NCBI GenBank assembly: GCA_038110525.1
Contig: JAYNJV010000006.1
Location: 444 to 64,443 of the forward strand
Source: Candidatus Poseidoniales archaeon
GTDB lineage: Archaea; Thermoplasmatota; Poseidoniia; Poseidoniales; Poseidoniaceae
DNA length: 64,000 nt
Direction: 5' to 3'
Position 1 is the stretch's first letter. Each line of letters opens with the position of its first letter. The notes beneath the pieces were generated by a model. It was not told the origin of the DNA, ran no database searches, and saw nothing but the letters and a program-made list of their open reading frames with translations. Positions 46,669 to 56,137 of the stretch are shown here, piece after piece. The translations under genes and the position numbers were made by a program.

Positions 46669-48015
46669 ATGGCTTCACCGCTTTTCATGGATGATGAGGG
46701 GCTTGTTGGAATCATCCTAACCTCATTTATCACCAGTGGTTCTGCCACACTCTTCGCTACGCTGGTCGGCATTCCCCTTGGTTGGTGGTGCAGCAGGCAA
46801 TCCCACCCAAGCCTTCACCATGTACGAAGGGTGGTTCATGCCCTCTATGGGCTTCCCCCGGTCGTCGTGGGTGTCTTTGTGTACTCCCTCCTTTCAAAAC
46901 GTGGTCTGCTTGGTCAACTCGAGTTATTGTTTACCGTTGAGGCGATGATCTTTGCACAATTTATCATCATTCTACCACTCATTTGGGGCGGGGCTTGGCA
47001 TGCGTTTGAATCAACACAAAAGAAATACAACGATGCTTTGTATTCCGTAGGATTAACCGGCAAAGACCGATTTTTTACTGAGATTAAACTCTCAAGTCAA
47101 GGCATTTCTCATGCCGTTATTCTTGGTTTTGGAAGAGCTATTGCGGAAGTAGGTGCTGTCATTATCGTTGGTGGAAACATTTCAGGTAAGACAAGGGTGA
47201 TGACCACAAGTATTGTTCTTGAAACATCACAAGGAAACATGGACGTTGCCATGAATTTAGGATTAATTTTGTTGCTCTGCACCTTCACAATCTTGTTTCT
47301 TGCTTCGTTATCCAAGAAAAATGTCTTCAAGAAAAGTTTGGTGCTCGCCGAAGATACTGGATTGCCTGCAACCACTCCCTTTGACCAAAACAAAACGTAC
47401 ACTATCAACGTCACGAAAGGAGGAAGGAAAATTGTCGAGGATGTCAACATTGAATTGAGCGGGGGTCGAATTGTTGTTCTCGTAGGTCCGTCCGGTTCTG
47501 GAAAAACAACGATACTACGCTATTTGGCAGGCCTTGAGGATATGAAATGTGATTACGGGCCTGGTTCCATTGTTTGGATGCCACAACAACCTGTTGCTTT
47601 ACGAACCACGGTCATTGAAGAGTTGTCCTTCGTTCAACAACTGTATCCAAACCTTCGGAAATGTACAACGTACTTGATGGAAACAATGAGCCTCAATCTC
47701 GAAGGTGAGCACTTCGTTTCGGATTTATCTGGTGGTGAATTACAGCGACTTGTGTTGCTTAGGCAATTTTCCCTTCACCCGTCACTTCTGTTGCTCGATG
47801 AATGCACCGCCTCGCTCGATGGTGAGGCAGTTCGAAATATTGAGAAGGAAATTCTGCGCATGAAAAATGAAGGGTGTAGTATCGTCCTTGCAACGCATAA
47901 TATCCATCAAGCAAAGCGCCTTGGGGATGAAATCATTGTCTTAAACAAAGGTAAGATGTTGAGTCATGATGACCCTGTCGCACATTCGATTCTATCCGGT
48001 GAGTTCTTCGGTTAA
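46669..48015 (+). CDS. Tungstate/molybdate ABC transporter, fused permease (TupB-like) + ATPase (TupC-like)
   Basis: GLPPVVVG, GFGRAIAEVGAVIIVGGNI.G.TRVMTT.I.LET (TupB-type) in frame with GPSGSGKT, LSGGE, LLLLDE, ATH. Confidence 0.85.
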   Translation: MASPLFMDDEGLVGIILTSFITSGSATLFATLVGIPLGWWCSRQSHPSLHHVRRVVHALYGLPPVVVGVFVYSLLSKRGLLGQLELLFTVEAMIFAQFIIILPLIWGGAWHAFESTQKKYNDALYSVGLTGKDRFFTEIKLSSQGISHAVILGFGRAIAEVGAVIIVGGNISGKTRVMTTSIVLETSQGNMDVAMNLGLILLLCTFTILFLASLSKKNVFKKSLVLAEDTGLPATTPFDQNKTYTINVTKGGRKIVEDVNIELSGGRIVVLVGPSGSGKTTILRYLAGLEDMKCDYGPGSIVWMPQQPVALRTTVIEELSFVQQLYPNLRKCTTYLMETMSLNLEGEHFVSDLSGGELQRLVLLRQFSLHPSLLLLDECTASLDGEAVRNIEKEILRMKNEGCSIVLATHNIHQAKRLGDEIIVLNKGKMLSHDDPVAHSILSGEFFG

Positions 48016-48840
48016 TTGACTGATGGGAAAAAATGCCGATTGGTTTCCAATAGTATAATTGGCGATGATGTCTTGACCTTCGGCTAACAAGAAAGAGCCA
48101 AAAAGATCGGTCCACTCGTTTTGTTTTTCATCGATTGGGATGAAAGAATACGGGTTGTTGAGAATCGTGTCATTGAATTCGTACACCACAAGGTCGATGG
48201 TGTCAACAAAATTGAGTGCCGTACCGCGGTCGGATAAGGTTGTGCATCCTTTTTCAAACGCCATATTGATCGTAGCCCCCATGCCTTGTCCAATTGAATT
48301 GTACCACTCACCCTCTGGATGTATTCCATTTTCATCCTCGATAATTGGAACATGATGGGATGTGTTAAGTGCTTGCCATATCGCTTGTTCTTTGTGGTGT
48401 GTACCTGAAAAATCGCCTCTCGATATGAAACATGATTGGTTCGAATATATTTGATAAAAAGCATCATACACGGTGCCTTCTAATTCTTCGTACGAGAGCA
48501 GAATAAATCGATTCCAGGCAAATGTGAGGCGTTCAGCACCGTAGCCTTGTGCCAAGAATTCTTGCTCTAAATCTGGTGCGTGCACGATGATTGCGTCAAC
48601 ATCTTTGTTCTTACCAAGTTCCAGTGCCGCTCCTGTTCCAACGGCAACATACTCGATGTCCACATCGTGCTTAGATGAAAAATCATCGATGAGTTCTTCG
48701 AGCAATCCAGAATCGCGCATCGAAGTAGTTGTTCCCAACCGAAACACGGTTTGTTCTTCTTCGATTGTAGAAAGGCAACCGCTGAGCAGCGGAACGACGA
48801 CAAGAAGTGAAAGAAGAAGGGAAAGATGGCGTTCAATCAA
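47992..48840 (-). CDS. tupA: Tungstate-binding lipoprotein TupA-like
   Basis: Lipobox LSGC; TTTS motif (GTTTSMRDSGLL), AVGTGAAL, FISRGDFSGTH, GQGMG, LSDRGT. Confidence 0.85.
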   Translation of the reverse strand: MIERHLSLLLSLLVVVPLLSGCLSTIEEEQTVFRLGTTTSMRDSGLLEELIDDFSSKHDVDIEYVAVGTGAALELGKNKDVDAIIVHAPDLEQEFLAQGYGAERLTFAWNRFILLSYEELEGTVYDAFYQIYSNQSCFISRGDFSGTHHKEQAIWQALNTSHHVPIIEDENGIHPEGEWYNSIGQGMGATINMAFEKGCTTLSDRGTALNFVDTIDLVVYEFNDTILNNPYSFIPIDEKQNEWTDLFGSFLLAEGQDIIANYTIGNQSAFFPISQLTEELTG

Positions 48841-49129
48841 ACTTCATCACGTGACCACATTCAGCATATGCACATGCAACAGTATACTTCGAACGTTTTG
48901 GTTTTGGAATTTTCATCATTGAACCGCACATAGTACATTGAACTCGTAGCGTTTCTGGTTCCAATGAACTGGTTGGTTGGTCCTCAAGCGTTCGGCCAAC
49001 ATCTTGTGACCATCCGACTCCATCAGTGTACGCGTCGCCTGTTGTCTTGAGTTTGGATTGCTTCAACGTCAACTTCATGCGTCGCTTTTTCTTGTTTTGC
49101 CCACCCTTCACAGGTCTCTTCGCTGCCAT
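48833..49129 (-). CDS. Small basic zinc-ribbon protein
   Basis: Lys/Arg-rich N-terminus, CTMC...CAYAEC; AGGTGA SD. Confidence 0.65.
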   Translation of the reverse strand: MAAKRPVKGGQNKKKRRMKLTLKQSKLKTTGDAYTDGVGWSQDVGRTLEDQPTSSLEPETLRVQCTMCGSMMKIPKPKRSKYTVACAYAECGHVMKFD

Positions 49130-49182
49130 CGCTATCACCTGTCCTATCAAGTTTCTATATTCAATGACTTCGGCTTCTTACT

Positions 49183-50508
49183 TCAAGGTGGAAGGAGGAT
49201 TTCGGAGATGCCGTTCTTCGGTTGATGGACAATATGTCCTGCAGCCTCAAGGTCTTCAACCAAATGTGGGCGAGCATTTTCAGCATCAGTATGATACACG
49301 ACAACCGTTTTTGCTTTGCATGCTTTTGCGAAATCAAGAATTTCTTGATGGCCTGCGTGGGTTGAAAAATTAAATCGATCGGATTCAAGACGAATTTTGT
49401 GGTCTTGGCCATAGATATTGACAAAACCTGTTTCAAGAAATCGCCGACCTCCAGTATCTTTTGCTTGATAGCCTGTAAAAAACAATGCATTTCTCGTATC
49501 ATCTTTGAGACGATTCAAGTACCATAAAATTGGACCGCCGTCGAGCATTCCAGAGGTTGATACGATCACATCAGCTGACAACGCCTTCTTTTTGTCGGTC
49601 TTTGATGAAATTTGTTTCGCCCATCGCCAAGCTGCTTCGAGTTCGCTTGCATTTCGAAGATAACTGTCGTGTTCGAGATGCACTTTTGCAATTTTTTTCC
49701 CCATCCCGTCCACATGAACATCAAGATGTGGAAGATGTTTGTGAAGATGCATGATGACGTCTTGGGTTCGGCCATTTGCGAAGGCAGGGATGAGTACGGT
49801 TCCCCCTCTGGCGACCACTTTTTCCACTGAAGCAATGAATCGTTGGATTTCTTCATCCATAGATTCGTGTGACCTACCCCCATATGTGCCTTCAACGAAT
49901 AAAGTATCAACCTCAATGGGTTGAGCACCAGCAACGAGAGGAGAATCTCGAGTATCAAAATCACCGGTAATGAGAATTGATTGTTCAGGGGTTTGAATAT
50001 GCAACATAGCAGCGCCCGGAATATGGCCTGCAGAGTGAAGTGTTAACGTCCAATCATGGTGGTGCCACGATTCTCCAAAGTTGTGGACATACCAGGATTC
50101 AGTGGCGATTTCAATATCCCGTTTATCCCAAGAGAGAGGATATTTTTCTATTGAACTTACTTTATAGCAATCATGCCACATCATGTCAGAAAGTGCCGCT
50201 GTGACGTGAGTTCCATGTAGTTTGGTTTGATAATGTCCACATAACCATGGAACCATACCAAGATGGTCAATATGAGAATGTGTAATGACTGCATCATGAA
50301 TAAGTGGAGCTTCGTGTGGATATCTTGGGGGTTTTGTTGGAGCTAATCCATAATCGAGAAGCAGTCGAGTCCCGTGTTGATCTTCAAGAACAATGCCTAC
50401 ATTTCCAACTTCATCACCACCACCAAGGTAATGATATCGGATTCCATGTTCAGGTGATTCATTTGGGTACGAAGATGTACGCCCAGGAGAAAAAACCACC
50501 ATGTTCAT
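49183..50508 (-). CDS. Metallo-beta-lactamase/beta-CASP ribonuclease (aCPSF-like)
   Basis: THSHIDH, AGHIPG, TGD, EGTYG, PAFANGRTQ, SGML, GYQ, STHAG. Confidence 0.9.
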   Translation of the reverse strand: MNMVVFSPGRTSSYPNESPEHGIRYHYLGGGDEVGNVGIVLEDQHGTRLLLDYGLAPTKPPRYPHEAPLIHDAVITHSHIDHLGMVPWLCGHYQTKLHGTHVTAALSDMMWHDCYKVSSIEKYPLSWDKRDIEIATESWYVHNFGESWHHHDWTLTLHSAGHIPGAAMLHIQTPEQSILITGDFDTRDSPLVAGAQPIEVDTLFVEGTYGGRSHESMDEEIQRFIASVEKVVARGGTVLIPAFANGRTQDVIMHLHKHLPHLDVHVDGMGKKIAKVHLEHDSYLRNASELEAAWRWAKQISSKTDKKKALSADVIVSTSGMLDGGPILWYLNRLKDDTRNALFFTGYQAKDTGGRRFLETGFVNIYGQDHKIRLESDRFNFSTHAGHQEILDFAKACKAKTVVVYHTDAENARPHLVEDLEAAGHIVHQPKNGISEILLPP

Positions 50509-50541
50509 CCGATGTATTGGATGTTGTTGAAGATGTGGGTG

Positions 50542-50730
50542 TCCCCCCCTTATTTCCTATGGAAAGAAAATTCCACTTGACATTTCAAAAAATCAAAATT
50601 TCTATCCTAATGTTGATATGATTGTCGCGACAATCTTCACATGAATTTGTTTTGTTTTGTTTCTATCTCCCTGTTTTGTTTTGTTTTCACCTCCATTAAA
50701 ACATTTCCAAAGGAAATAGGGGGGTGGGGG
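50542..50730. other. Candidate archaeal replication origin (inverted ORB-like boxes flanking an AT-rich core)
   Basis: TTTCCATAGGAAATAAGGGGGGG (minus, 50543-50565) and TTTCCAAAGGAAATAGGGGGGT (plus, 50704-50725) flank 138 bp of AT-rich DNA with TGTTT runs. Confidence 0.6.
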
Positions 50731-50860
50731 TACAAAATCTGAGATTCATATCCCAAAAAATGTAAATTCAAATTGATCAGAATGACATTGTGTTGATTAT
50801 CAAGTGTTCCGGTATTGATGCTTACGAAGACCCTATGTAGAGCCCACCCGTAGCCGACCC

Positions 50861-51061
50861 ATGGTTCGAGATGAATATCAAGAGTTCAACGTTCGAACTG
50901 AAGTGTGCTATGGATGCGGGGCATGCATGACATTGTGTCCACATGATGTTCTGACATTAGTTGATTATGTTGTGATAGCTGAGGAATCAGAATGCACTCA
51001 TTGTACACTTTGCATTCCCTCTTGTCCTGTGTATGCTCTTGAATTAAGGCCAAGGCAGTGA
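50861..51061 (+). CDS. 2x[4Fe-4S] ferredoxin
   Basis: CYGCGACMTLCP and CTHCTLCIPSCP. Confidence 0.92.
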   Translation: MVRDEYQEFNVRTEVCYGCGACMTLCPHDVLTLVDYVVIAEESECTHCTLCIPSCPVYALELRPRQ

Positions 51062-51795
51062 TTCCTATGCGACTTGTTTTTGTCGAGCCAACATTACAAC
51101 ATCTGTTGCTTTGTCTCAAGTTCACGAAGGAACACGAAGTCATTTTGCTCGATTCATATGCAGAAGTTGGTACACCATCATTTCAAATCGGATGGTGCCA
51201 TTCACCAGAAGCGTTTGTTGGGTTTTTGACAGAAGAGGAAACTAATTTTCTCCAACTTTCAAAATCAAAAGATGGCTACGGTTTTCGTGTTGATTGGTTG
51301 GTCAAACATCTCATTCGAAAGTGCGTCATGTATGGCGTGCAGGTTTTTTCGAGAACCACGATTCTCGATACTGTAGTCAATGGGACAAAGACCACCTTAC
51401 ACCTCCAATCGCCAGCAAATTTACCCGATCTTGTGGAAGCAGATGTGGTCCATGTTGATATGAGTGTCAAGAGAATTCCACCCGGGCGTGTTGACCACAA
51501 CCTACCTGTGACGGATTTTGTGGAGCAAATTCCACCAACCATCGTACAATGGAATGGCATCCTCATTCCAACAAAATATGTTGATGAATCAATCAACGGA
51601 ATCACGTTGAACAGAAGTGATGGTTGTTCTGAAGTATGGTCAAAAGAATTGGAGCCAACCTCACCATATACGATGGAACAGTGGACGTTGTACCTTGGAG
51701 AAGATTTACATTCTTCACAATTCGAGGCCATTATGGAGCAATCAAACCAACAACACACCTTGCTTCAACATCACATTCAGGGGCTGACATCTTGA
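51058..51795 (+). CDS. Hypothetical protein, possibly a degenerate FAD-dependent oxidoreductase fold
   Basis: Overlaps both neighbours (GTGA, TTGA). N-terminus resembles beta-alpha-beta ending EVGTP but has no GxGxxG. Confidence 0.5.
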   Translation: MIPMRLVFVEPTLQHLLLCLKFTKEHEVILLDSYAEVGTPSFQIGWCHSPEAFVGFLTEEETNFLQLSKSKDGYGFRVDWLVKHLIRKCVMYGVQVFSRTTILDTVVNGTKTTLHLQSPANLPDLVEADVVHVDMSVKRIPPGRVDHNLPVTDFVEQIPPTIVQWNGILIPTKYVDESINGITLNRSDGCSEVWSKELEPTSPYTMEQWTLYLGEDLHSSQFEAIMEQSNQQHTLLQHHIQGLTS

Positions 51796-52559
51796 TACCA
51801 ACAACAGAAAAATTGTATTTGGCATCCATTGAATCCGCCTATTATACAACTTTTGATGCAACAGTCGTTGCAATTGATGAGAATAAAATCATTCTCGACC
51901 GCACCCTGTTTTATCCAATTGGCGGGGGCCAAAATTGGGACACAGGCATCCTTGAAGGGCCAAATGGTACTCTCGAAGTTTCTGAGGTTCGCGGGCAAGA
52001 ACACGTTGAACATATTGTTGATCAAGACCATCAGTTGTCGGTTGGAGATGAAGTGCGTGGAACCATCGATTGGCATCGTCGTCATGCACACATGCGAATG
52101 CATACGGCTCAGCACGTGGTGAGTGGGGTAGCCTACGAATTGTTTGATGGGGCACGAACGGTCGGCAACCAAATCAACATTGAATCTTCAAGAATTGATT
52201 TCAATCCAGTCTCATTTGATGAGGAAAGTCTTGCAGCATTAACAACCTCATCAAATGAGTTTTTGACTCATGACATTGAAGTGAAAGCACAAACGATGAC
52301 CAGAGCAGGTATCAATGCTCAAATGCCACCAGAACGAACCAACATGGACCTCGTTCCAAGTCACGTTGAACAATTACGAATCGTAGAAATCGGCGAGATG
52401 ATCGACATGTGCCCGTGTGCAGGAACTCATGTTCAAAATTTGAGCGAAATCGGACAAATGAGCATCATCGGTAAGAAATCCAAAGGTAAAGGCACACAAC
52501 GTATCACCTACGAACTTTCAGACCTTGAACCAGTTCGTGCGAATACCAGGCCGATCTAA
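51792..52559 (+). CDS. alaX: Alanyl-tRNA editing protein AlaX
   Basis: LDRTLFYPIGGGQ..D.G, HMRMHTAQH, CPCAGTH zinc motifs. Confidence 0.92.
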   Translation: MIPTTEKLYLASIESAYYTTFDATVVAIDENKIILDRTLFYPIGGGQNWDTGILEGPNGTLEVSEVRGQEHVEHIVDQDHQLSVGDEVRGTIDWHRRHAHMRMHTAQHVVSGVAYELFDGARTVGNQINIESSRIDFNPVSFDEESLAALTTSSNEFLTHDIEVKAQTMTRAGINAQMPPERTNMDLVPSHVEQLRIVEIGEMIDMCPCAGTHVQNLSEIGQMSIIGKKSKGKGTQRITYELSDLEPVRANTRPI

Positions 52560-53233
52560 TCATCGTCCTCAAGCAACTCATCAATGCTCGAAACAGCATC
52601 CGTGTAACTTTTCCGAATTTTTTGTTTGGACTCAACTTCCAAATCGATGAGCACATCATCAACTACATTATTTCGTTGGGCTTCAAGTCGATATGTTAAT
52701 TCCAAGTCTTCACCAACCCTGTCACTTCTGTCTACTTGGGCGATGGGTTTGGAAGGGTTTGTACGAGCGTATGCATTTTCTTGCGGTTGTTCTGAAAAAA
52801 ATGTATCAGCCATGGAGTGAGCCTGGTCTGTTGTTGGGGCTTGGTCCTTCCATTCGTTTTGATTGGCAAAGTCTCGGATGATGTTGGCTTTTTTGACTTG
52901 ACTCTGACGCTCAAAAACTGCTTCGACTTCTTCCTGGGTGGTACGTTTTCGTTCACCAAGCATTGAAGCAGCTATACGTTGTTGTTCGTGAAGTATGGGC
53001 CCATGCCCTTCGAGATGGTCATATCGGTGTGGTGAAGCAGCCATCAAGAGCAGTTCCTTCGCAAATTGAGCCAATCCATCGTCGGGGGGAGCTTGTGCAA
53101 GTCGTTCACGAATTGATTTGTGACGAGCGATGCAAGGAGTACAGCGTTGCAAACCCTCGATGTCGGGAGCGTCACACCACAAGCAACAGGCTTGAAGGCC
53201 CAATTCTTTCATGGCACGCCGAGGTAATGACAT
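52556..53233 (-). CDS. Hypothetical protein with N-terminal CxxC...CxxC zinc finger
   Basis: CCLWC...RCTPC followed by a helical, acidic region. Confidence 0.65.
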   Translation of the reverse strand: MSLPRRAMKELGLQACCLWCDAPDIEGLQRCTPCIARHKSIRERLAQAPPDDGLAQFAKELLLMAASPHRYDHLEGHGPILHEQQRIAASMLGERKRTTQEEVEAVFERQSQVKKANIIRDFANQNEWKDQAPTTDQAHSMADTFFSEQPQENAYARTNPSKPIAQVDRSDRVGEDLELTYRLEAQRNNVVDDVLIDLEVESKQKIRKSYTDAVSSIDELLEDDD

Positions 53234-53314
53234 ACTGCTCAAAACCTCGAATTGTTTCAATCACATGAATACTTTCATGCGAGGCTTCAAATGACCAGAA
53301 GGAAACCATTCAGC

Positions 53315-54262
53315 ATGGGCGAAAGAGACCCTCGAGCCGACATCGTGGACGATGACCCGTTTCGCAACATCCCCCGTTCCGCTTCAGGCATCCACCGTGT
53401 TCACGGACGAAAAGAGGCCGATGGCACCATTTACTTCGATACAGGTACAGTTCGACAAAGCCCCCCAATTTTCCAGCAATTTTTCGGTGGTGGCCAGTGG
53501 AACAAAGCACAACATCATACTGGGAAGATTTGGCATTTTAGTGAAGAAGAGAAAAAACACCTCACCCAAGCATCACTTGCCTTTACGCTCGCACTCGGAT
53601 TCATGTGGGTTGGTGGAATTCGAACCATATCTGACCTCGGCATGACCAGTTGGATCGTCGCTCTATTGCTTGCAATGCCAGTGATGTTTGTCGCCGTAGG
53701 TCCCGCATTTTTACTCCATGAAATCGGTCACAAAATTATTGCAAAGAAAAACGGTTGCTGGGCAGAATTTCGAGCTGACCCGAGCGGACTTAAATTCGGA
53801 ATTTTCCTTTCCTTTTTTCTCGGCTTCCTGTTTATGGCCCCCGGAGCAGTGATGGTGGCTGGACTCGTCACAAGACGACAGAATGGTCATATTGCCGTTG
53901 CAGGCCCAGTTGTGAATTTCGGTTTATTCCTCATTGGTATACCCCTTTGGGCCCTTCTCCTTGGATTAACAAATGCATACGAAACCCTACCCTCAGGAAA
54001 CTCGGCTTACCTCGAAGGAGGAACTTTGGTTTGGCAAGCCATGCTTATCGATGCGGCACAATTTTGGCTCACTGCAAATTTAATTTTGGGGCTTTTCAAT
54101 ATGCTGCCCTTTGGCCCACTCGACGGACTCAAGGTCAAAGATTGGAGCGAATCCGCATATTTCATCGTCCTATCTCTGTTTCTTATTCCGCTTCTTTTAT
54201 GGTGGTTTATTGGCCTATGGAGTCCAGCAAAATTGCTCGAAACTCTTGCCATGATGATTTAA
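53315..54262 (+). CDS. Site-2 protease family (M50) membrane metalloprotease
   Basis: LLHEIGH, AGPVVN, FNMLPFGPLDG. Start uncertain (53252-53315). Confidence 0.9.
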   Translation: MGERDPRADIVDDDPFRNIPRSASGIHRVHGRKEADGTIYFDTGTVRQSPPIFQQFFGGGQWNKAQHHTGKIWHFSEEEKKHLTQASLAFTLALGFMWVGGIRTISDLGMTSWIVALLLAMPVMFVAVGPAFLLHEIGHKIIAKKNGCWAEFRADPSGLKFGIFLSFFLGFLFMAPGAVMVAGLVTRRQNGHIAVAGPVVNFGLFLIGIPLWALLLGLTNAYETLPSGNSAYLEGGTLVWQAMLIDAAQFWLTANLILGLFNMLPFGPLDGLKVKDWSESAYFIVLSLFLIPLLLWWFIGLWSPAKLLETLAMMI

Positions 54263-54270
54263 TTTGTCGA

Positions 54271-54738
54271 TTAGAACGAATCATCCCAAAAAACAGCACT
54301 TGAACCAGCACCTTTGTCTTCGTTTTCCACCAGCGAAGAACTCGTCGATGTCACTTGCTCAGTGTTGACTTGATGTACCGACGTTGTTGTTTGCTTCGAA
54401 GGTTGTGAGTGTTGACTTAAACCACCATCACCATCGGAGACAAAGGCCGCGACATACGGTGAGGCGACGAATTGTCTTGCCCGAACAGCACCTCCATCAA
54501 GTCGAGGCGCTAACAAATCAACAAGTTCAGAAGATGTAACGGTTTGTCCAGGATTCAAATGAATTGTTGTCAAGATGCGATCGTAGCGATAATTTGCTCG
54601 AAAAGCAGGTTTGTTTGGCTTTGAGTATTGGCCGCCACCCGAAACGGTGTTGTTCGCCTGGTCATAATTTGTCATGCGCAGTAAGATTCGAAAGCCGCCA
54701 TAACCAATGACAAAGAGAGCGAGAAGTAATTCAATCAT
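54271..54738 (-). CDS. Hypothetical protein with N-terminal membrane anchor
   Basis: MIELLLALFVIGYGGFRIL; strong SD AAGGAGG upstream. Confidence 0.65.
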   Translation of the reverse strand: MIELLLALFVIGYGGFRILLRMTNYDQANNTVSGGGQYSKPNKPAFRANYRYDRILTTIHLNPGQTVTSSELVDLLAPRLDGGAVRARQFVASPYVAAFVSDGDGGLSQHSQPSKQTTTSVHQVNTEQVTSTSSSLVENEDKGAGSSAVFWDDSF

Positions 54739-54893
54739 TATCGTATCCTCCTTGTGGAGGTGCCGGCCTCAAGCACCATCCTTTGAAATTCGCACGGCAT
54801 TGCCAATCGTCATTGCATTTCTGCTCCGGTGAGGCCAACACGAATTGAAACACGAAAGCATAAAAGCATTTTTTTGAATGTATGGAAAAAAAC

Positions 54894-56108
54894 CTATTCT
54901 ATGACCACAACACGAAGCATGGGGCTTTCATTTCCCATCCATACTTCGCTTTCTATGACATGATGCAATTCAACAATCTTGCACATCGCCTCGAAATGAG
55001 GTCTTGAAAAACACGAATCAACTTCCTTCTCGTTCAAGATAATGTCAATAGAATTTGGTTCATGTGGAAGGTTCAACCAGAAATGTTCGAGTCGTTCGAA
55101 TTGGTTGAGTAAAGATTTTTGTTGATGAGAATGTAGAAATTTTTTTACAAAAACACGCTCTTTTGCTACAGGAAACAACACATATCGCTTACCTTCTTCA
55201 ATCCATTGTACAGCGACTGGTAAGCGTTCGTTCAGCATAATGGTCCTTATCATTTCAACTTGGGCGTCCGGGGATTCTTGCTCGTTGAGAACGAGTGCAA
55301 GACAATGATGTTGCTTTGTTCCAGAGACCCTGCTATTGATTTGGAGAAATGGCTGACCTTCTTCAACAACCCTTTTTCGTTGAACAACTTTCGTTTTCTT
55401 TTTTCGTTTCCACCGTGGCATTCCAACCGCATCGCCTTTTCTTTCAATTGAATGAATCCAATTTTTTGTCGGTTGCATGAACACATCCATTGCAAGAAGG
55501 GTGCAAGCCCAACCGGTTGTTCCATGAAAAGTTCCAGGAACTCGAATGATTCTTCTCGTATCCGCCGTGATTTTAGAATCAAAAACACAACCCATAGAAA
55601 TCAAAGTATCAACAAGAGCATGACGTTCTTCTCTTACTCGTTCTTCCCGTTCTTTTGGATTTGGAATCGAAAATTTTTCACGAGCAAGGTCCTTGTACAC
55701 AAGATGAAATCCTTTACTTCCAGAGAACGCAACATAACGAAATTGATACATGTTCATCTCCTTCATTACACGAAAAATTTCAACAGCATATTTCCTTGCA
55801 CGTTCAATATTTTGAAGCGAGAAAGGGGCCATATCAATATCAAAGACGACATCATGGTCCAGTAAAATTGGATAGTGGTTGGTTTTTTCACGCAAACGTG
55901 GTAAATCAATAGGGTCAAGCCATGAACTTGTGGAATAATAGACATCTTTGGTTTTCTTGGAATCAATAAACTTCAGAAACTTTGCATCAGTTCCTATTTT
56001 TGTGGGTGATGTCACCCACACATTTCGTTCAGTACGGCAACGAAATTGGCGACGAATTGGGCCTTCAATACAGTTGAGAGTGAATGCCGACGCAACACTT
56101 TCGACCAT
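54894..56108 (-). CDS. Divergent archaeo-eukaryotic primase (PriS-like) protein with C-terminal extension
   Basis: AEP motifs VFDID (I), FSGSKGFH (II), FDSKITADTRRIIRVPGTFH (III); also DVYYS..W..P. Confidence 0.8.
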   Translation of the reverse strand: MVESVASAFTLNCIEGPIRRQFRCRTERNVWVTSPTKIGTDAKFLKFIDSKKTKDVYYSTSSWLDPIDLPRLREKTNHYPILLDHDVVFDIDMAPFSLQNIERARKYAVEIFRVMKEMNMYQFRYVAFSGSKGFHLVYKDLAREKFSIPNPKEREERVREERHALVDTLISMGCVFDSKITADTRRIIRVPGTFHGTTGWACTLLAMDVFMQPTKNWIHSIERKGDAVGMPRWKRKKKTKVVQRKRVVEEGQPFLQINSRVSGTKQHHCLALVLNEQESPDAQVEMIRTIMLNERLPVAVQWIEEGKRYVLFPVAKERVFVKKFLHSHQQKSLLNQFERLEHFWLNLPHEPNSIDIILNEKEVDSCFSRPHFEAMCKIVELHHVIESEVWMGNESPMLRVVVIE

Positions 56109-56137
56109 GAGTCAATTCAACCACAGGTGGTTTTTAT

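Noticed and set aside
54765-54836. tRNA (7-bp terminal stem, 72 nt)
   Set aside because: No T-arm/TTC loop, D-arm or anticodon arm on either strand.
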